Origin: Chloroflexota bacterium | Lineage (GTDB): Bacteria; Chloroflexota; UBA11872; VXOZ01 | Direction of reading: 5' to 3' | NCBI GenBank assembly: GCA_963662335.2 | Contig: CAXXVD010000002.1 | Location: forward strand, 160,001 to 224,000 | Length of the DNA: 64,000 nt | In this document: piece by piece, positions 1 to 9,363 of the stretch | How the letters are laid out: the number at the start of each line of letters is the position of its first letter | Numbering within the stretch: the first letter of the stretch is position 1 | Position numbers and translations under genes: made by a program | The notes under the pieces: model-generated | The model's database searches: none | Seen by the model: only the letters and a program-made list of their open reading frames with translations | What the model was told of the DNA's origin: nothing

Positions 1-57
1 GCGGCGGACGCCGATGAGGCCGGCGCCGGGGCTGCACAGCGGCCTCTTTCCCAGTGA
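1..57 (+). CDS. 3' end of upstream gene (possibly rbfA, by synteny only)
   Basis: Frame 1 is open from the window edge to TGA 55-57, overlapping the GTG start of the DHH gene (GTGA coupling). rbfA-nrnA-truB-ribF is a common order. Confidence 0.3.
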   Translation, partial: AADADEAGAGAAQRPLSQ

Positions 58-1136
58 CGCAAACGCGCATATCCTCTGCGGCGCCGCCGGTGACGCAGCC
101 GGCGGCAATAGGCGACGCGGCGTGCGCCGGCGACTGCAAAGCGGCAATTCCCGCCGGCGAGTGGGAACGCGCCTGCGCGCTCGTGCTGGCTGCGCAGCGC
201 ATCGTCCTCACCACCCACGCCGGTCCCGACGGCGACGGCATCGGCAGCATGATCGGCCTCTACCTGGCTCTGCGCGCTCTGGGCAAGACGGCGGCGATGG
301 TGTGCGCCGACCCGGCGCCGCCAGACCTTGTCTTCCTGCCGGACGCAAGCCGGGTGCAGGTCGCTGACGCTCTCGACGGCCTTCCGCTTGACCCTGACCT
401 CATCATCGTCTGCGATGCCGCCAGCCTGCCGCGGCTCGGCGCGGTGTACGCCGGAAATCAGTCCCATTTTGCCGCCCTGCCGGTGCTCAACCTGGACCAC
501 CACCAGACGAATACCCGCTTTGGCGCGGTCAATCTGGTTGACACCACCGCCGCCGCCACGGCCGAGATTGCCCACGAGTTGCTGGAGCGGCTGCGCGTCC
601 TGCCCACGCCGGCCATCGCCACGGCGCTGATGACCGGCCTGGTTACCGACACGCTGGGCTTCCGCACGGACAGCGTAACGCCGCGCACGCTGGCTTTGGC
701 CGCGCATCTGCTGGAGCGCGGCGCGCCGCTCCACGACATCTGCTACCGCGTGTTTCACGCCACGCGCTACGAGAAACTCAAGATCTGGGGGTACGCCCTT
801 TCCAATCTGCAACGCACGGCGGACGGCCGCATCGCCTGGACGACGATTCCGCGCGAGGTACGCCTGGAAGTGGGCGCCAAGGAAAGCGACCTGTCGGGGC
901 TGGCCGCTCTCATCGAGGGCATCGCGGGCGCGGACATTCTCATCATCGCGTGGGATAAGCGGAAAGACCCAAACCGCACGCAAGTCTCGCTGCGCGCGCG
1001 TACGGTGAGCGCTGCCGCCGTCGCGCAGACACTGGGCGGCGGCGGACACGCCGGCGCGGCCGGCGCGCTCTTGCACGAACCGCTGGCTGTGGGACTGCGC
1101 AAAGCGCTTGAGGCGGCGCAGGCGCATCTCGAATAG
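54..1136 (+). CDS. nrnA: DHH-family phosphoesterase, bifunctional oligoribonuclease/PAP phosphatase NrnA
   Basis: Motifs HxxPDGDxxGS, LDHH, TDT.GF and DHHA1 GGGGH; lies directly upstream of truB. Confidence 0.88.
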   Translation: MTQTRISSAAPPVTQPAAIGDAACAGDCKAAIPAGEWERACALVLAAQRIVLTTHAGPDGDGIGSMIGLYLALRALGKTAAMVCADPAPPDLVFLPDASRVQVADALDGLPLDPDLIIVCDAASLPRLGAVYAGNQSHFAALPVLNLDHHQTNTRFGAVNLVDTTAAATAEIAHELLERLRVLPTPAIATALMTGLVTDTLGFRTDSVTPRTLALAAHLLERGAPLHDICYRVFHATRYEKLKIWGYALSNLQRTADGRIAWTTIPREVRLEVGAKESDLSGLAALIEGIAGADILIIAWDKRKDPNRTQVSLRARTVSAAAVAQTLGGGGHAGAAGALLHEPLAVGLRKALEAAQAHLE

Positions 1137-1160
1137 TCCGCGCGGCGTCAACACTGCACC

Positions 1161-2054
1161 ATGCGCCACGGCTTTCTCAACATTGCCAAACCTGCCGGTT
1201 GCACGTCCCACGACGTGGTGAACATCGTGCGCCGCCTCCTGGGACAGCGGCGCGTGGGGCACGCGGGCACCCTGGACCCACTGGCGCGCGGCGTGCTGGT
1301 ACTCGGCGTGGGACACGGCACGCGCTTGCTGGAATACCTGGCGGACACGCGCAAGACCTACCGCGCCACGGTGCTGCTCGGCCAAACTACCACCACCGAC
1401 GACCGCGCGGGCGACGTGCTGGAGGAACGCCCCGTAGACGTGGACGGAGCGGCCGTCCATGATGCTCTGGCGCGTTTTACCGGTACGATCGCGCAGGCGC
1501 CGCCCGCGTTCGCGGCGGTACACGTGCAGGGCGAGCGCGCCTACGTACGGGCGCGGCGCGGCGAGACTTTAACGCTCACGCCGCGGCCGGTGACGATCTT
1601 TCGTCTCGACCTCTTGGAGTGCGCGCCGCCGCGGCTTACCCTGGAGGTGAAGTGTTCCACGGGCACGTATGTTCGTGCCCTGGCGCGGGATTTAGGGGCG
1701 GCCCTCGGCTGTGGCGCGCATCTGGCGGCGCTGACGCGCACCCGCGTGGGAGCATTTTCGCTGGAGGACGCCGTGCCTCTCCCCCAACTGGAAGGCCGCG
1801 CGGCGGCCCACGGCTGGGACGACGTGCTGCTGCCGTTGGACTGGCCGCTGCGCCACTGGCCGGAACGCCGCTTGAGCGCAGAGGAAACGGCGCAGGTGAT
1901 GAACGGCGGGCGCGTCGCCGCCGCCGGCGCGGTGTGCCCGGGGCAATTCGCCCGCGCCTACGACCCGCAAGGACGCTTGCTCGCGGTGCTGCAAGCCGTG
2001 GACGCCGCGCCACCGCTCTGGCAGCCGGTGAAAGTCTTTCGCTATAATCCATGA
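1161..2054 (+). CDS. truB: tRNA pseudouridine(55) synthase TruB
   Basis: KPAGCTSHDVV, GHAGTLDPLA, CSTGTYVRALARD motifs. Confidence 0.97.
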   Translation: MRHGFLNIAKPAGCTSHDVVNIVRRLLGQRRVGHAGTLDPLARGVLVLGVGHGTRLLEYLADTRKTYRATVLLGQTTTTDDRAGDVLEERPVDVDGAAVHDALARFTGTIAQAPPAFAAVHVQGERAYVRARRGETLTLTPRPVTIFRLDLLECAPPRLTLEVKCSTGTYVRALARDLGAALGCGAHLAALTRTRVGAFSLEDAVPLPQLEGRAAAHGWDDVLLPLDWPLRHWPERRLSAEETAQVMNGGRVAAAGAVCPGQFARAYDPQGRLLAVLQAVDAAPPLWQPVKVFRYNP

Positions 2055-2131
2055 TAGTGAACGTGGTGACGGCAATTGCTCCGGCACGCGTGCTCCGCTG
2101 AACGAGGGCGACGGTAGCCCATGACGCAGAG

Positions 2132-2502
2132 GCGGGGGACAAGCCCCAATGTTGTCGCATTAACGTAGCGCGGGGGCTTGTCCCCCGCCGGAGCCATTGA
2201 ATCTGACACGGAAGAGAATTGACCTAACAGCCTCGCAGGTTACAAACCTGCGCTACCGGAGATTCTGAGCGCGAGTTTTGCTGTCTTTTTGTTTAATGCG
2301 ACAGCATTAGGGCTTGTCCCCCGCCGGAGCCATTGAATCTGACACGGAAGAGAATTGACCTAACAGCCTCGCAGGTTACAAACCTGCGCTACCAGAAGTA
2401 TCGGACGCGAGTTTTGCTGTCTTTCTGTTTAATGCGACAACATTAGGGGCAAGCCCCGCGCTAGCCCGTGGCGCAATGGCGGGGGACAAGCCCCCGCGCT
2501 AC
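2132..2502. repeat. Composite REP/MITE cluster: 136-bp tandem duplication (2174-2309, 2310-2445) plus inverted ends AATGTTGTCGCATTAA
   Basis: Two near-identical 136-bp units, each with REP-A and REP-C motifs. 32-bp inverted repeat 2132-2163 / 2293-2324 with 2 mismatches. Confidence 0.85.
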
Positions 2503-2562
2503 GTTTTGGCCTGCGGTGCGCCGGCGCGTCACGAGGACACACGCGCCGCTGCCATGCATCCG

Positions 2563-2585
2563 GTAGCGCAGGTTTGCAACCTGCG
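2563..2585 (+). repeat. REP family C (GTAGCGCAGGTTTG(C/T)AACCTGCG)
   Basis: GTAG-headed imperfect palindrome. Other copies at 2234-2256, 2370-2392, 19508-19530, 19554-19576, 19654-19676, 63644-63666. Confidence 0.85.
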
Positions 2586-2697
2586 CCGTATCGCAGTGTT
2601 GTTGGGGTAGCGCGCCGGCACAGTTGACCCGCAAGACGAAGAATTCGCACCGTTAGTCGCGTGATTATTCAGGCTGGGGCAAGGATAGGCAAGCGCA

Positions 2698-3675
2698 GTG
2701 GAGGTTTTTCGCCAAGACCCGGAGACTCTTGAGTCCCACCGTCCCACTGTGCTCACCATCGGCAAATTCGACGGCATTCACCGGGGGCACCGGCACGTGC
2801 TGGCGGCCGTGGCGGCGCGGGCGCGGGCGAACGGTTGGCAGTCCGCCGTCATCATCCTCTGGCCGCCGCCGCCGGAAGTGTTGCGGCCCGGCGCGCACAT
2901 ACCCCGCCTTTCCACCCTGGCCGAACGGGAGGCCGCCATTGCCGCCAGCGGCATCGACCTGCTCATCCTCTGGCCGTTCACCCTGGCGCTTTCCCGCCGC
3001 TCGCCCCGCGACTTCATGGAGATGCTGCGCCGCCGCCTGGACCTGCGCGTGCTCGTGATCGGCAGCGACTTCGCTCTGGGACACCGGCGCAGCGGCACAC
3101 CCGAGGTGCTGCAGGCGCTAGGCGGAGAACTGGGTTTTCAGGTAGACGTCGCGCCGCCCTACGTGCACCAGGGGCAGGCGGTGAGCAGTTCGCGCATTCG
3201 CGCGCACCTCGCCGCTGGCGAGGCGGCGCAGGCGGCGCGGCTGCTGGGACGCTGGCCGACGCTCACCGGCACGGTCGTGCGCGGCGCGGGACGCGGCCAG
3301 TCGCTCGGCTTTCCCACGGCCAATTTGCGCCTGGCTGAGCCGCTGGCCGTGCCCGCCCACGGCATCTACGCCACGTTTGCGGCGCTCGCCTCGCCCGATT
3401 CGCCCGAACCGGAGAGCGCCGCCGCGGCCCGGCCGGCGGTCACCAGCATCGGCGTGCGCCCGACGTTCGGCGACGCGAACGAACAGACCATCGAGACGTT
3501 CCTGCTGGACTTCGACGCCGACCTCTACGGCCAAACCCTGCGCCTGCACTTCGTGGCAAAACTCCGCGACGAGCTAAAGTTCGATTCCGCCGCGGCCCTG
3601 AGCGCGCAGATGGAGCGGGACGTCACCCACGCAGCCGCCGTGCTCGTCCAACACCCGCTGCCACAGCAAAGCTGA
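2698..3675 (+). CDS. ribF: Bifunctional riboflavin kinase/FAD synthetase RibF
   Basis: GKFDGIHRGH, SSSRIR, GFPTAN, GVRPTF motifs. Confidence 0.96.
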   Translation: MEVFRQDPETLESHRPTVLTIGKFDGIHRGHRHVLAAVAARARANGWQSAVIILWPPPPEVLRPGAHIPRLSTLAEREAAIAASGIDLLILWPFTLALSRRSPRDFMEMLRRRLDLRVLVIGSDFALGHRRSGTPEVLQALGGELGFQVDVAPPYVHQGQAVSSSRIRAHLAAGEAAQAARLLGRWPTLTGTVVRGAGRGQSLGFPTANLRLAEPLAVPAHGIYATFAALASPDSPEPESAAAARPAVTSIGVRPTFGDANEQTIETFLLDFDADLYGQTLRLHFVAKLRDELKFDSAAALSAQMERDVTHAAAVLVQHPLPQQS

Positions 3676-3745
3676 CCATAGTCCCTCCCGCGCCTCGCAA
3701 AGTGCGGAGGGCTAGCCGGATGCTCGCAAGCCAACGCCTCACGCT

Positions 3746-5698
3746 CTACTCCGGCTCTCCACCGGAAAACCGTTCGGGGTCTTGGAGGCCGGGCCCCCCT
3801 CTGCCGCCCCGTCCGCGGCCGCGGGCAAATGGCGGCATGGAGGGCCCACCATCGCCAACTTCGGCCGTAGCCGGTTCCGGCTCGGTGCGGAACTGGATGC
3901 TGTGCAGTTTGGCATAGAGGCCGCCTTGGGCCAGCAGTTCCTCGTGCGTGCCGGACTCGACGGCGCGGCCTTCGTCCAGCACCAGGATGCGGTCGGCGGC
4001 GCGCACGGTGGAGAGCCGGTGGGCAATGACGAAACTGGTGCGCCCCTGGCGCAGCGTGTTGAGCGCCTGCTGGATAAGCTCTTCCGACTGGGAATCCAGC
4101 GAAGAGGTGGCCTCGTCCAGGATGATGATGCGCGGGTTCTTGAGGAAGACGCGGGCGATGGCCACGCGCTGCTTTTCGCCGCCGGAGAGCCGGAAGCCGC
4201 GCTCGCCGACCACGGTCTCGTACTGCTCCGGCAGGCCCATGATGAAGTCGTGGATCTGCGCCGCCTTGGCCGCCTCGATCACGTCCGCTTCAGACGCTTC
4301 CGGGTTGGCGTAGAGCAGGTTCTCCCGCAGCGAGGTGTGGAACAGGAACGGTTCCTGCGTCACCACGCCCACGTGCCGCATGAGCGAGAGGTATTGCAGG
4401 TCGCGCAGGTCGTAGTCGTCCAGGCGCACCTGGCCGTTCACCGGGTCGTAGAGGCGTGGGATAAGGTAGGTGAGCGTGGTCTTGCCCGCGCCGCTGGGCC
4501 CGACCAAGGCGATCATCTCGCCCGGCTCGGCCGTAAACGTAATGCCCGCCAGCGCCCAGGCCGCCTCGTCGTTGTAGCGGAACCACACGTCCTCGAAGGC
4601 AATCCGCCCATCCACTTTGGCGACCTCCCGCGCGTCCGGCGTGTCGAAGATCTCCGGCTCCATGTCCAGGTAGCCAAAGATGCGGTCGAACAAGGCCATG
4701 GCGCCCTGCACGTCCACGTAGACGTTGGCCAACTGGGACGACGGCCCGTAGAGATTGCGCAGGAACGCGATGAAGGCGATGATCGTGCCGAGGGTCAATT
4801 CGCCTTGCATCACCTGGCGGCCGCCGAACCAGTAGATGGCCGCCGGGCCGATGGAGGCAAAGAGGCCCAGGAACATGAAGAACCAGCGGCCCACCATGGC
4901 TTGCTTGATGTTCAGGCGCAGCAGGTCCCGGCCGATGCCGCGGAAGCGCGTGTCTGCCCGCTGCTCGCCGGAAAACGTCCGCATGAGCAGGTAGCCGCTG
5001 ATGTTCATCATCTCGTGCAAGAAGGCGCTCAGGTCGGCCTGCTTCTCCTGCGTTTCCCGCGAGACCTGCCGCCGGTAGCGCCCCACGCGGCGGGTCGGCA
5101 GCACGAACGCCGGCGTGACGATGAGCGCAATGAGCGCCAGTTGCCAGTTCATGAGAAAGAGCACGATGATCGTGAACACTACGGTAAAGAAGTTCGTGAT
5201 GATCGAGATGACGGTGCCGGCGATGACGCTCTGCACGCCGGCCACGTCGTTGTTGATGCGGGAAATAATCTCGCCGCTGCGGGTCTTGGTGAAGAAGCGC
5301 AAGGACATGCGCTGCATGTGCCGGAAGAGTTGCTTGCGCAGGTCGTAGACGATGCGCTGGCCGACCAGGGCGTTCAGGTAGCTCTGCAAGACACCGATGA
5401 GGCCGGAGAGGAACGGCAAGGCGACCATGCCGAAGACGAGCAGGTTGAGCAGGCCGAAGTCTTTCTGCGGAATGGCGTCGTCGATGGCGCTGCGCATCAG
5501 CAACGGCGGAATGAGCCCCAACCCGGTCATTGCCAATACGCAAATGAGAATGACGATTTCGTGCGGCCAGTACGGCACGAGGTAGCCGAAGACGCGGCGC
5601 ACGCCGGCCGCCGTGAATTCCACCTTCGGTTGCTCTTCGCCAGACCGGTACGGGCGGTTCATGCCCCAGTGCCAGCCACCGCCGCCGCCGTACATCAT
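3746..5698 (-). CDS. ABC exporter, fused permease/ATPase (MsbA/MdlA-like)
   Basis: About six TM helices, then Walker A GPSGAGKT, signature LSGGEKQR, Walker B IIILDEATS. Start placed at MMYGGG (alternative 5725). Confidence 0.93.
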   Translation of the reverse strand: MMYGGGGGWHWGMNRPYRSGEEQPKVEFTAAGVRRVFGYLVPYWPHEIVILICVLAMTGLGLIPPLLMRSAIDDAIPQKDFGLLNLLVFGMVALPFLSGLIGVLQSYLNALVGQRIVYDLRKQLFRHMQRMSLRFFTKTRSGEIISRINNDVAGVQSVIAGTVISIITNFFTVVFTIIVLFLMNWQLALIALIVTPAFVLPTRRVGRYRRQVSRETQEKQADLSAFLHEMMNISGYLLMRTFSGEQRADTRFRGIGRDLLRLNIKQAMVGRWFFMFLGLFASIGPAAIYWFGGRQVMQGELTLGTIIAFIAFLRNLYGPSSQLANVYVDVQGAMALFDRIFGYLDMEPEIFDTPDAREVAKVDGRIAFEDVWFRYNDEAAWALAGITFTAEPGEMIALVGPSGAGKTTLTYLIPRLYDPVNGQVRLDDYDLRDLQYLSLMRHVGVVTQEPFLFHTSLRENLLYANPEASEADVIEAAKAAQIHDFIMGLPEQYETVVGERGFRLSGGEKQRVAIARVFLKNPRIIILDEATSSLDSQSEELIQQALNTLRQGRTSFVIAHRLSTVRAADRILVLDEGRAVESGTHEELLAQGGLYAKLHSIQFRTEPEPATAEVGDGGPSMPPFARGRGRGGRGGPGLQDPERFSGGEPE

Positions 5699-5931
5699 GT
5701 GCGTTGCTCCCTGTGCGTTCCGCAAGCGCGGGGGCGGGAGAACCGCCGTGCGCGCTTCTCTACTCTACGCTTCTCTCTATCTTAACCATTACGTGAATGT
5801 TGCACAACGACGCGGCTGCGGCGGACGCCAAGCGCGAAAGGGGAACGACTTCACGGCGGGAGCAGAATTTCGCGGTGGAGATCCGACATCGCTGCGGGAA
5901 CGCAATTGAGAGGTGGAACTGCAACTGCGCG

Positions 5932-5959
5932 GTAGGGGCACGACATGTCGTGCCCCTAC
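5932..5959. repeat. REP family B, perfect 28-bp palindrome GTAGGGGCACGACATGTCGTGCCCCTAC
   Basis: Identical copies at 5932-5959, 7291-7318 and 19710-19737. Confidence 0.92.
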
Positions 5960-6048
5960 CGCGGGAGCGATGCTTACCCCGTCAGGAGTCTCAGAACGTC
6001 ATTCCGAGCGCAGCGAGGAATCTAGGACCGTACCGTAACCAAGATCTC

Positions 6049-6414
6049 TCAGAATATGTCGCTTAATTTCTTACCGGAGTAGAAGACATTGACGACGACG
6101 ATCGCCGCCCAGACGAGGCCAACTCCCAAGACTCCGGCGCCGCCCTCGAGCACGATCCCCGTTGCCGGGATCGCGAAGATGAGCGAGCAAATGGGCACGG
6201 CGGGTGACACGCTTTTCGGTTTGACGTTCTGCAGGCGCGCTTCCACGCGGCGGTCGATCACGGCGTCGAGGCGCTCCATGAGCATGTCGGTCAACTCCTC
6301 GTTGTATTCCGCGCCGAGTTCCTGCCGCGCTGAGAGGATAGCGTCCAGTTCCTCCCGGGCGCCCTCCGCTTTTCCGCGCTCTTCTTTGCTTTGCCCTGCT
6401 ACGCTGCTGCTCAT
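6049..6414 (-). CDS. Small hypothetical membrane protein (paralog 1)
   Basis: 121 aa; charged helical N-half and two C-terminal hydrophobic helices; AGGA RBS; closely similar to 6541-6906. Confidence 0.8.
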   Translation of the reverse strand: MSSSVAGQSKEERGKAEGAREELDAILSARQELGAEYNEELTDMLMERLDAVIDRRVEARLQNVKPKSVSPAVPICSLIFAIPATGIVLEGGAGVLGVGLVWAAIVVVNVFYSGKKLSDIF

Positions 6415-6540
6415 GCTCGTTATCCTTCTTGTTCGATACCGTAGCGCTCGTCTTGGCGCTCATTCCGCTGACTGTCCACACCTTTCGTGCAACAGAGCCC
6501 TGGAGCGGATTCGGGGAATGCCGCGCTTGTGCCGGAACCG

Positions 6541-6906
6541 CTAGAAGATGTCGCCAATCTTCTTGCCGGAATAGAGGATATTGACGATGATCAAGGCGGC
6601 CCAGACGACGGCCACGCCCCGGAAGCCGAGCATACTCGCCGCGATCGCGGTCAAGGGAATCGCGAAGACAAGCGAACAAATCGGCACGGCGGGCGAAAGA
6701 GAGGCGGGTTTCGAGTCTTTCTGCAGGCGGGCCTCCACGCGGCGGTCGATGACGGCGTCCAGGCGCTCCATCAGCTTGTCGGCCAGTTCGTCGTTGTACT
6801 CCGCGCCGAGTTCCTGCCGCGCCGAGAGGATGGCGTCCAATTCTTCGCGGGCGCCGTCGGCTTCCCGCCGCTCTTCTTTACCGTGTTCCGCCTCGCTGCT
6901 GCTCAT
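6541..6906 (-). CDS. Small hypothetical membrane protein (paralog 2)
   Basis: 121 aa; shares GAREELDAILSARQELGAEYN..L...LMERLDAVIDRRVEARLQ with 6049-6414. Confidence 0.8.
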   Translation of the reverse strand: MSSSEAEHGKEERREADGAREELDAILSARQELGAEYNDELADKLMERLDAVIDRRVEARLQKDSKPASLSPAVPICSLVFAIPLTAIAASMLGFRGVAVVWAALIIVNILYSGKKIGDIF

Positions 6907-7199
6907 GTCTTGCTTCCTTTGCGGCTTGCTCTCGTATCCGACGCTCTTGCGCCCGTTCTAGGCCGCTCTCTTCAATTCTCTGAATGCAACACTTCAGTTA
7001 CGCCGTTCCTGCGTCTATTGTAGCAGAAAAGTAGAATCGGTATGTGCCAGTCTTAAACTTGTATATATCACACGCCGCTGCGCGTGGCAACAGGTGAGGC
7101 GATGCGCAACCGCTGCTGGCCGCTGGGGCGCCGTGCAAGACTGAGCCGCAATTCCCGGTTGGCAATTGGCCGGGCCAGGGATGAGCGCGGCCGGTTGTC

Positions 7200-7318
7200 T
7201 GTCATTCCGGCGGAAGCCGGAATCCAGGGCGGTCTCGCGGAAGATGGATACCCGCTTGCGCGGGTATGACGGACAGTGCGCGACGCGGCGGTAGGGGCAC
7301 GACATGTCGTGCCCCTAC
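7200..7318. repeat. REP cluster: inverted family E pair (GTCATTCCGGCGGAAGCCGGAATCCA type) plus family B
   Basis: 7200-7226 and ~7246-7270 are in inverted orientation. Other family E copies at 43090-43116, 52874-52900, 55671-55697, 61290-61316. Confidence 0.85.
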
Positions 7319-7388
7319 CGCCGCGTCGTCCTCCCAACGCGATGTTGTGCCCCTACCTACCGCGGGTATCCGCAGAGGCGTTGAACCG

Positions 7389-8396
7389 CTAGAGGGTCAC
7401 CACGCGGCTCGTGCGGCTGGCTTCGTAGGCGGCCAGGATAATGCGCAGGTTCATGAGGCCGTCCTGGGCGGTGGTGGGCACAGGCCCGTTGCCGTCCAGC
7501 GCGTCGCAGAAGGCGCTGAGGATGGGCGTGTAGCCGTCGGCCGTGCCGGGACCGGGCGCGGGGTATTCGCACTGCTCGCCCCGCCAGAGTTGGATAGGGC
7601 GCTGGGCGTCGCCGCCCAACACCAGCGAGCCTTGCGTGCCCTGGATCTCGCGGGCCGGTGTGCTCCTATCCGCGCCCCAGCCGTTCTGGATTGACGTAAT
7701 CGCGCCGTTCTCGTGGCGCAGGAGCGCGAGCGCGGTGTCTTCCACCTCGAAATCGCGGGCAAAGGTGCCCACCGCGCCGAACACCTCGCGCACCTCGGAC
7801 TGCATCACGTACCGCGCCAGGTAGATGCTGTGGTAGCCGTTGTCGAGCAGCGCGCCGCCGCCGCCGCGTCCGGCCTCCGCGCGCCAGGCCGGGTCATACG
7901 CCGCCGTGCCCAGGTAGTGATAGTTGCCGAAGCCCTCGTAGCGCATCAGGTAGGGGGAGCCAATCGCGCCGCCGCGCACGAGTTCCAGCACGCGGGCGGG
8001 CACGGGCTGGCGCGAATAATTGTGAATGAGCGAGAAGACGACGCCGGCCTGCTCCACGGCGGCGATCATCTCCAGCGCCTCGTCCTCGCGGGCGGCGATG
8101 GGCTTCTCCAGCAGGATGTTGAGTCCGGCCGCGGCCGCCGCCAACGTGGCCGGACGGTGCAGGTGGTGCGGCAGGCAGATGTCTACGAAGTCCATATCGT
8201 CACGGGCGAGCAGGTCGCGGAAATCCGCATAGCGCCCGTCCGCCGGCACCTTGAAGTGACCGCCCAACAGGTCGCGCCGCTCCGCCGCCGGGTCCGCCAC
8301 CGCAACCACGGTGATGCGGTCCGCCAGCTCTTGGTAGGCGCTCTGGTGCCCTCTGGCGGCAATCTGGCCGCAGCCGATGATGCCAACACGTTTCAT
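7389..8396 (-). CDS. Gfo/Idh/MocA-family oxidoreductase
   Basis: GIIGCGQIA Rossmann motif, EKP, GGGALLDNGYH. Confidence 0.92.
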   Translation of the reverse strand: MKRVGIIGCGQIAARGHQSAYQELADRITVVAVADPAAERRDLLGGHFKVPADGRYADFRDLLARDDMDFVDICLPHHLHRPATLAAAAAGLNILLEKPIAAREDEALEMIAAVEQAGVVFSLIHNYSRQPVPARVLELVRGGAIGSPYLMRYEGFGNYHYLGTAAYDPAWRAEAGRGGGGALLDNGYHSIYLARYVMQSEVREVFGAVGTFARDFEVEDTALALLRHENGAITSIQNGWGADRSTPAREIQGTQGSLVLGGDAQRPIQLWRGEQCEYPAPGPGTADGYTPILSAFCDALDGNGPVPTTAQDGLMNLRIILAAYEASRTSRVVTL

Positions 8397-8477
8397 GTCT
8401 TGATTTCCTTTACAGGTCCTGACTAGATCCTATCCACTTGAACCGGTTAGCGCACCACGTTGGTAAGTGCCTCCAGT

Positions 8478-9350
8478 GTAGCGCGGGGGCTTGTCCCCCG
8501 CTTCTTCGCTGGAACGCGCTACCAGAAGAACGCGAATCTCTCTTCGCGTTCGTTCGTGCTTCAGTAAACTCAGTTCTCCGTAGCGCGAGGGCTAGTTCTC
8601 CACAGGAATCCCGTAGCGCGGGGGCTTGTCCCCCGCCTCTTCTCCTGAGGAGGGTTAACTCTTGGCACTATTCGTCAAGCTCAAGCGCCAGGGAGCCGGA
8701 GAACGGGTAGTCTTGCCACCGCTTCACTATACCCTTTCGCACCGGGTTATCGAGCACATACCGTGCCACTTCGTATAGGCTTTCTTCTTCCCGGAGAAAG
8801 TGGTCCCAGAAGCTGACTTGCCAGATGCGGCCGGCCGCCCCGTGTTGCCAGGCGGCACGCTGCGCCAGATTCTTGTACTGGCCAACGAACGATATGATGT
8901 CGCAAGATGGCGACGGCCCTAGAACGATATGTACATGGTCGGGCATGGGACAGTATGCGTAGACTGGCGCGCCGGTCTTGCTAGCGCGTTCGCGCAGCAC
9001 GTCCGCCGCCGCTCGCGCGACCCTTGGGTTTGCGAATACTGCGCGCCGGGCACGAGTGCCAATTGTCACCGAGCAGATCATACCGAGTTGACCGTAGAGT
9101 TCCCGGTCAAGGCGGATACGTTTGTGGCGAAATTGACTCGCGAGGGTTTTTGAATTCATGGTCACTCTCTAGCGGGCCAGCGGGGGACAAGCCCCCGCGC
9201 TACGGGTGGGAACGGCCCTGCGGGGGACAAGCCCCCGCGCTACTCCTGAACCGTTGCGCCTTTGTACCGTCCGCCGCTTCGGCAGGCGGCGGGGGACAAG
9301 CCCCCGCGCTGCGGTGCGGACGATCTTGCGGGGACAAGCCGCCGCGCTAC
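8478..9350. mobile_element. REPtron: RAYT gene flanked by inverted clusters of REP family A (GTAGCGCGGGGGCTTGTCCCCCGC)
   Basis: Forward copies at 8478-8501, ~8580-8603 (degenerate), 8613-8636. Reverse copies at 9180-9203, 9220-9243, 9289-9312, 9328-9350. Confidence 0.88.
8668..9165 (-). CDS. rayT: REP-associated tyrosine transposase (RAYT / TnpA-REP, Y1 HUH family)
   Basis: HUH motif MPDHVH, WQ.SFWDH.LR, catalytic Tyr in RYVLDNPVRKG, terminal W..YPFS; flanked by GTAG REPs. Confidence 0.92.
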   Translation of the reverse strand: MTMNSKTLASQFRHKRIRLDRELYGQLGMICSVTIGTRARRAVFANPRVARAAADVLRERASKTGAPVYAYCPMPDHVHIVLGPSPSCDIISFVGQYKNLAQRAAWQHGAAGRIWQVSFWDHFLREEESLYEVARYVLDNPVRKGIVKRWQDYPFSGSLALELDE

Positions 9351-9363
9351 GGTAAGAGACCAA

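Noticed and set aside
7055-7072. CTTGTATATATCAC, a possible GntR/HutC operator
   Set aside because: Only half of the dyad matches and no regulator is nearby.
8438-8451. TGAACCGGTTAG, a possible LacI-type operator upstream of the oxidoreductase
   Set aside because: An 8-bp palindromic core alone is too weak to support a call.
9180-9350. Four 23-24-bp direct repeats resembling a mini CRISPR array
   Set aside because: Spacers are irregular (16, 45, 15 bp), no cas genes are present, and the same repeat is dispersed in both orientations next to a RAYT. These are REPs.
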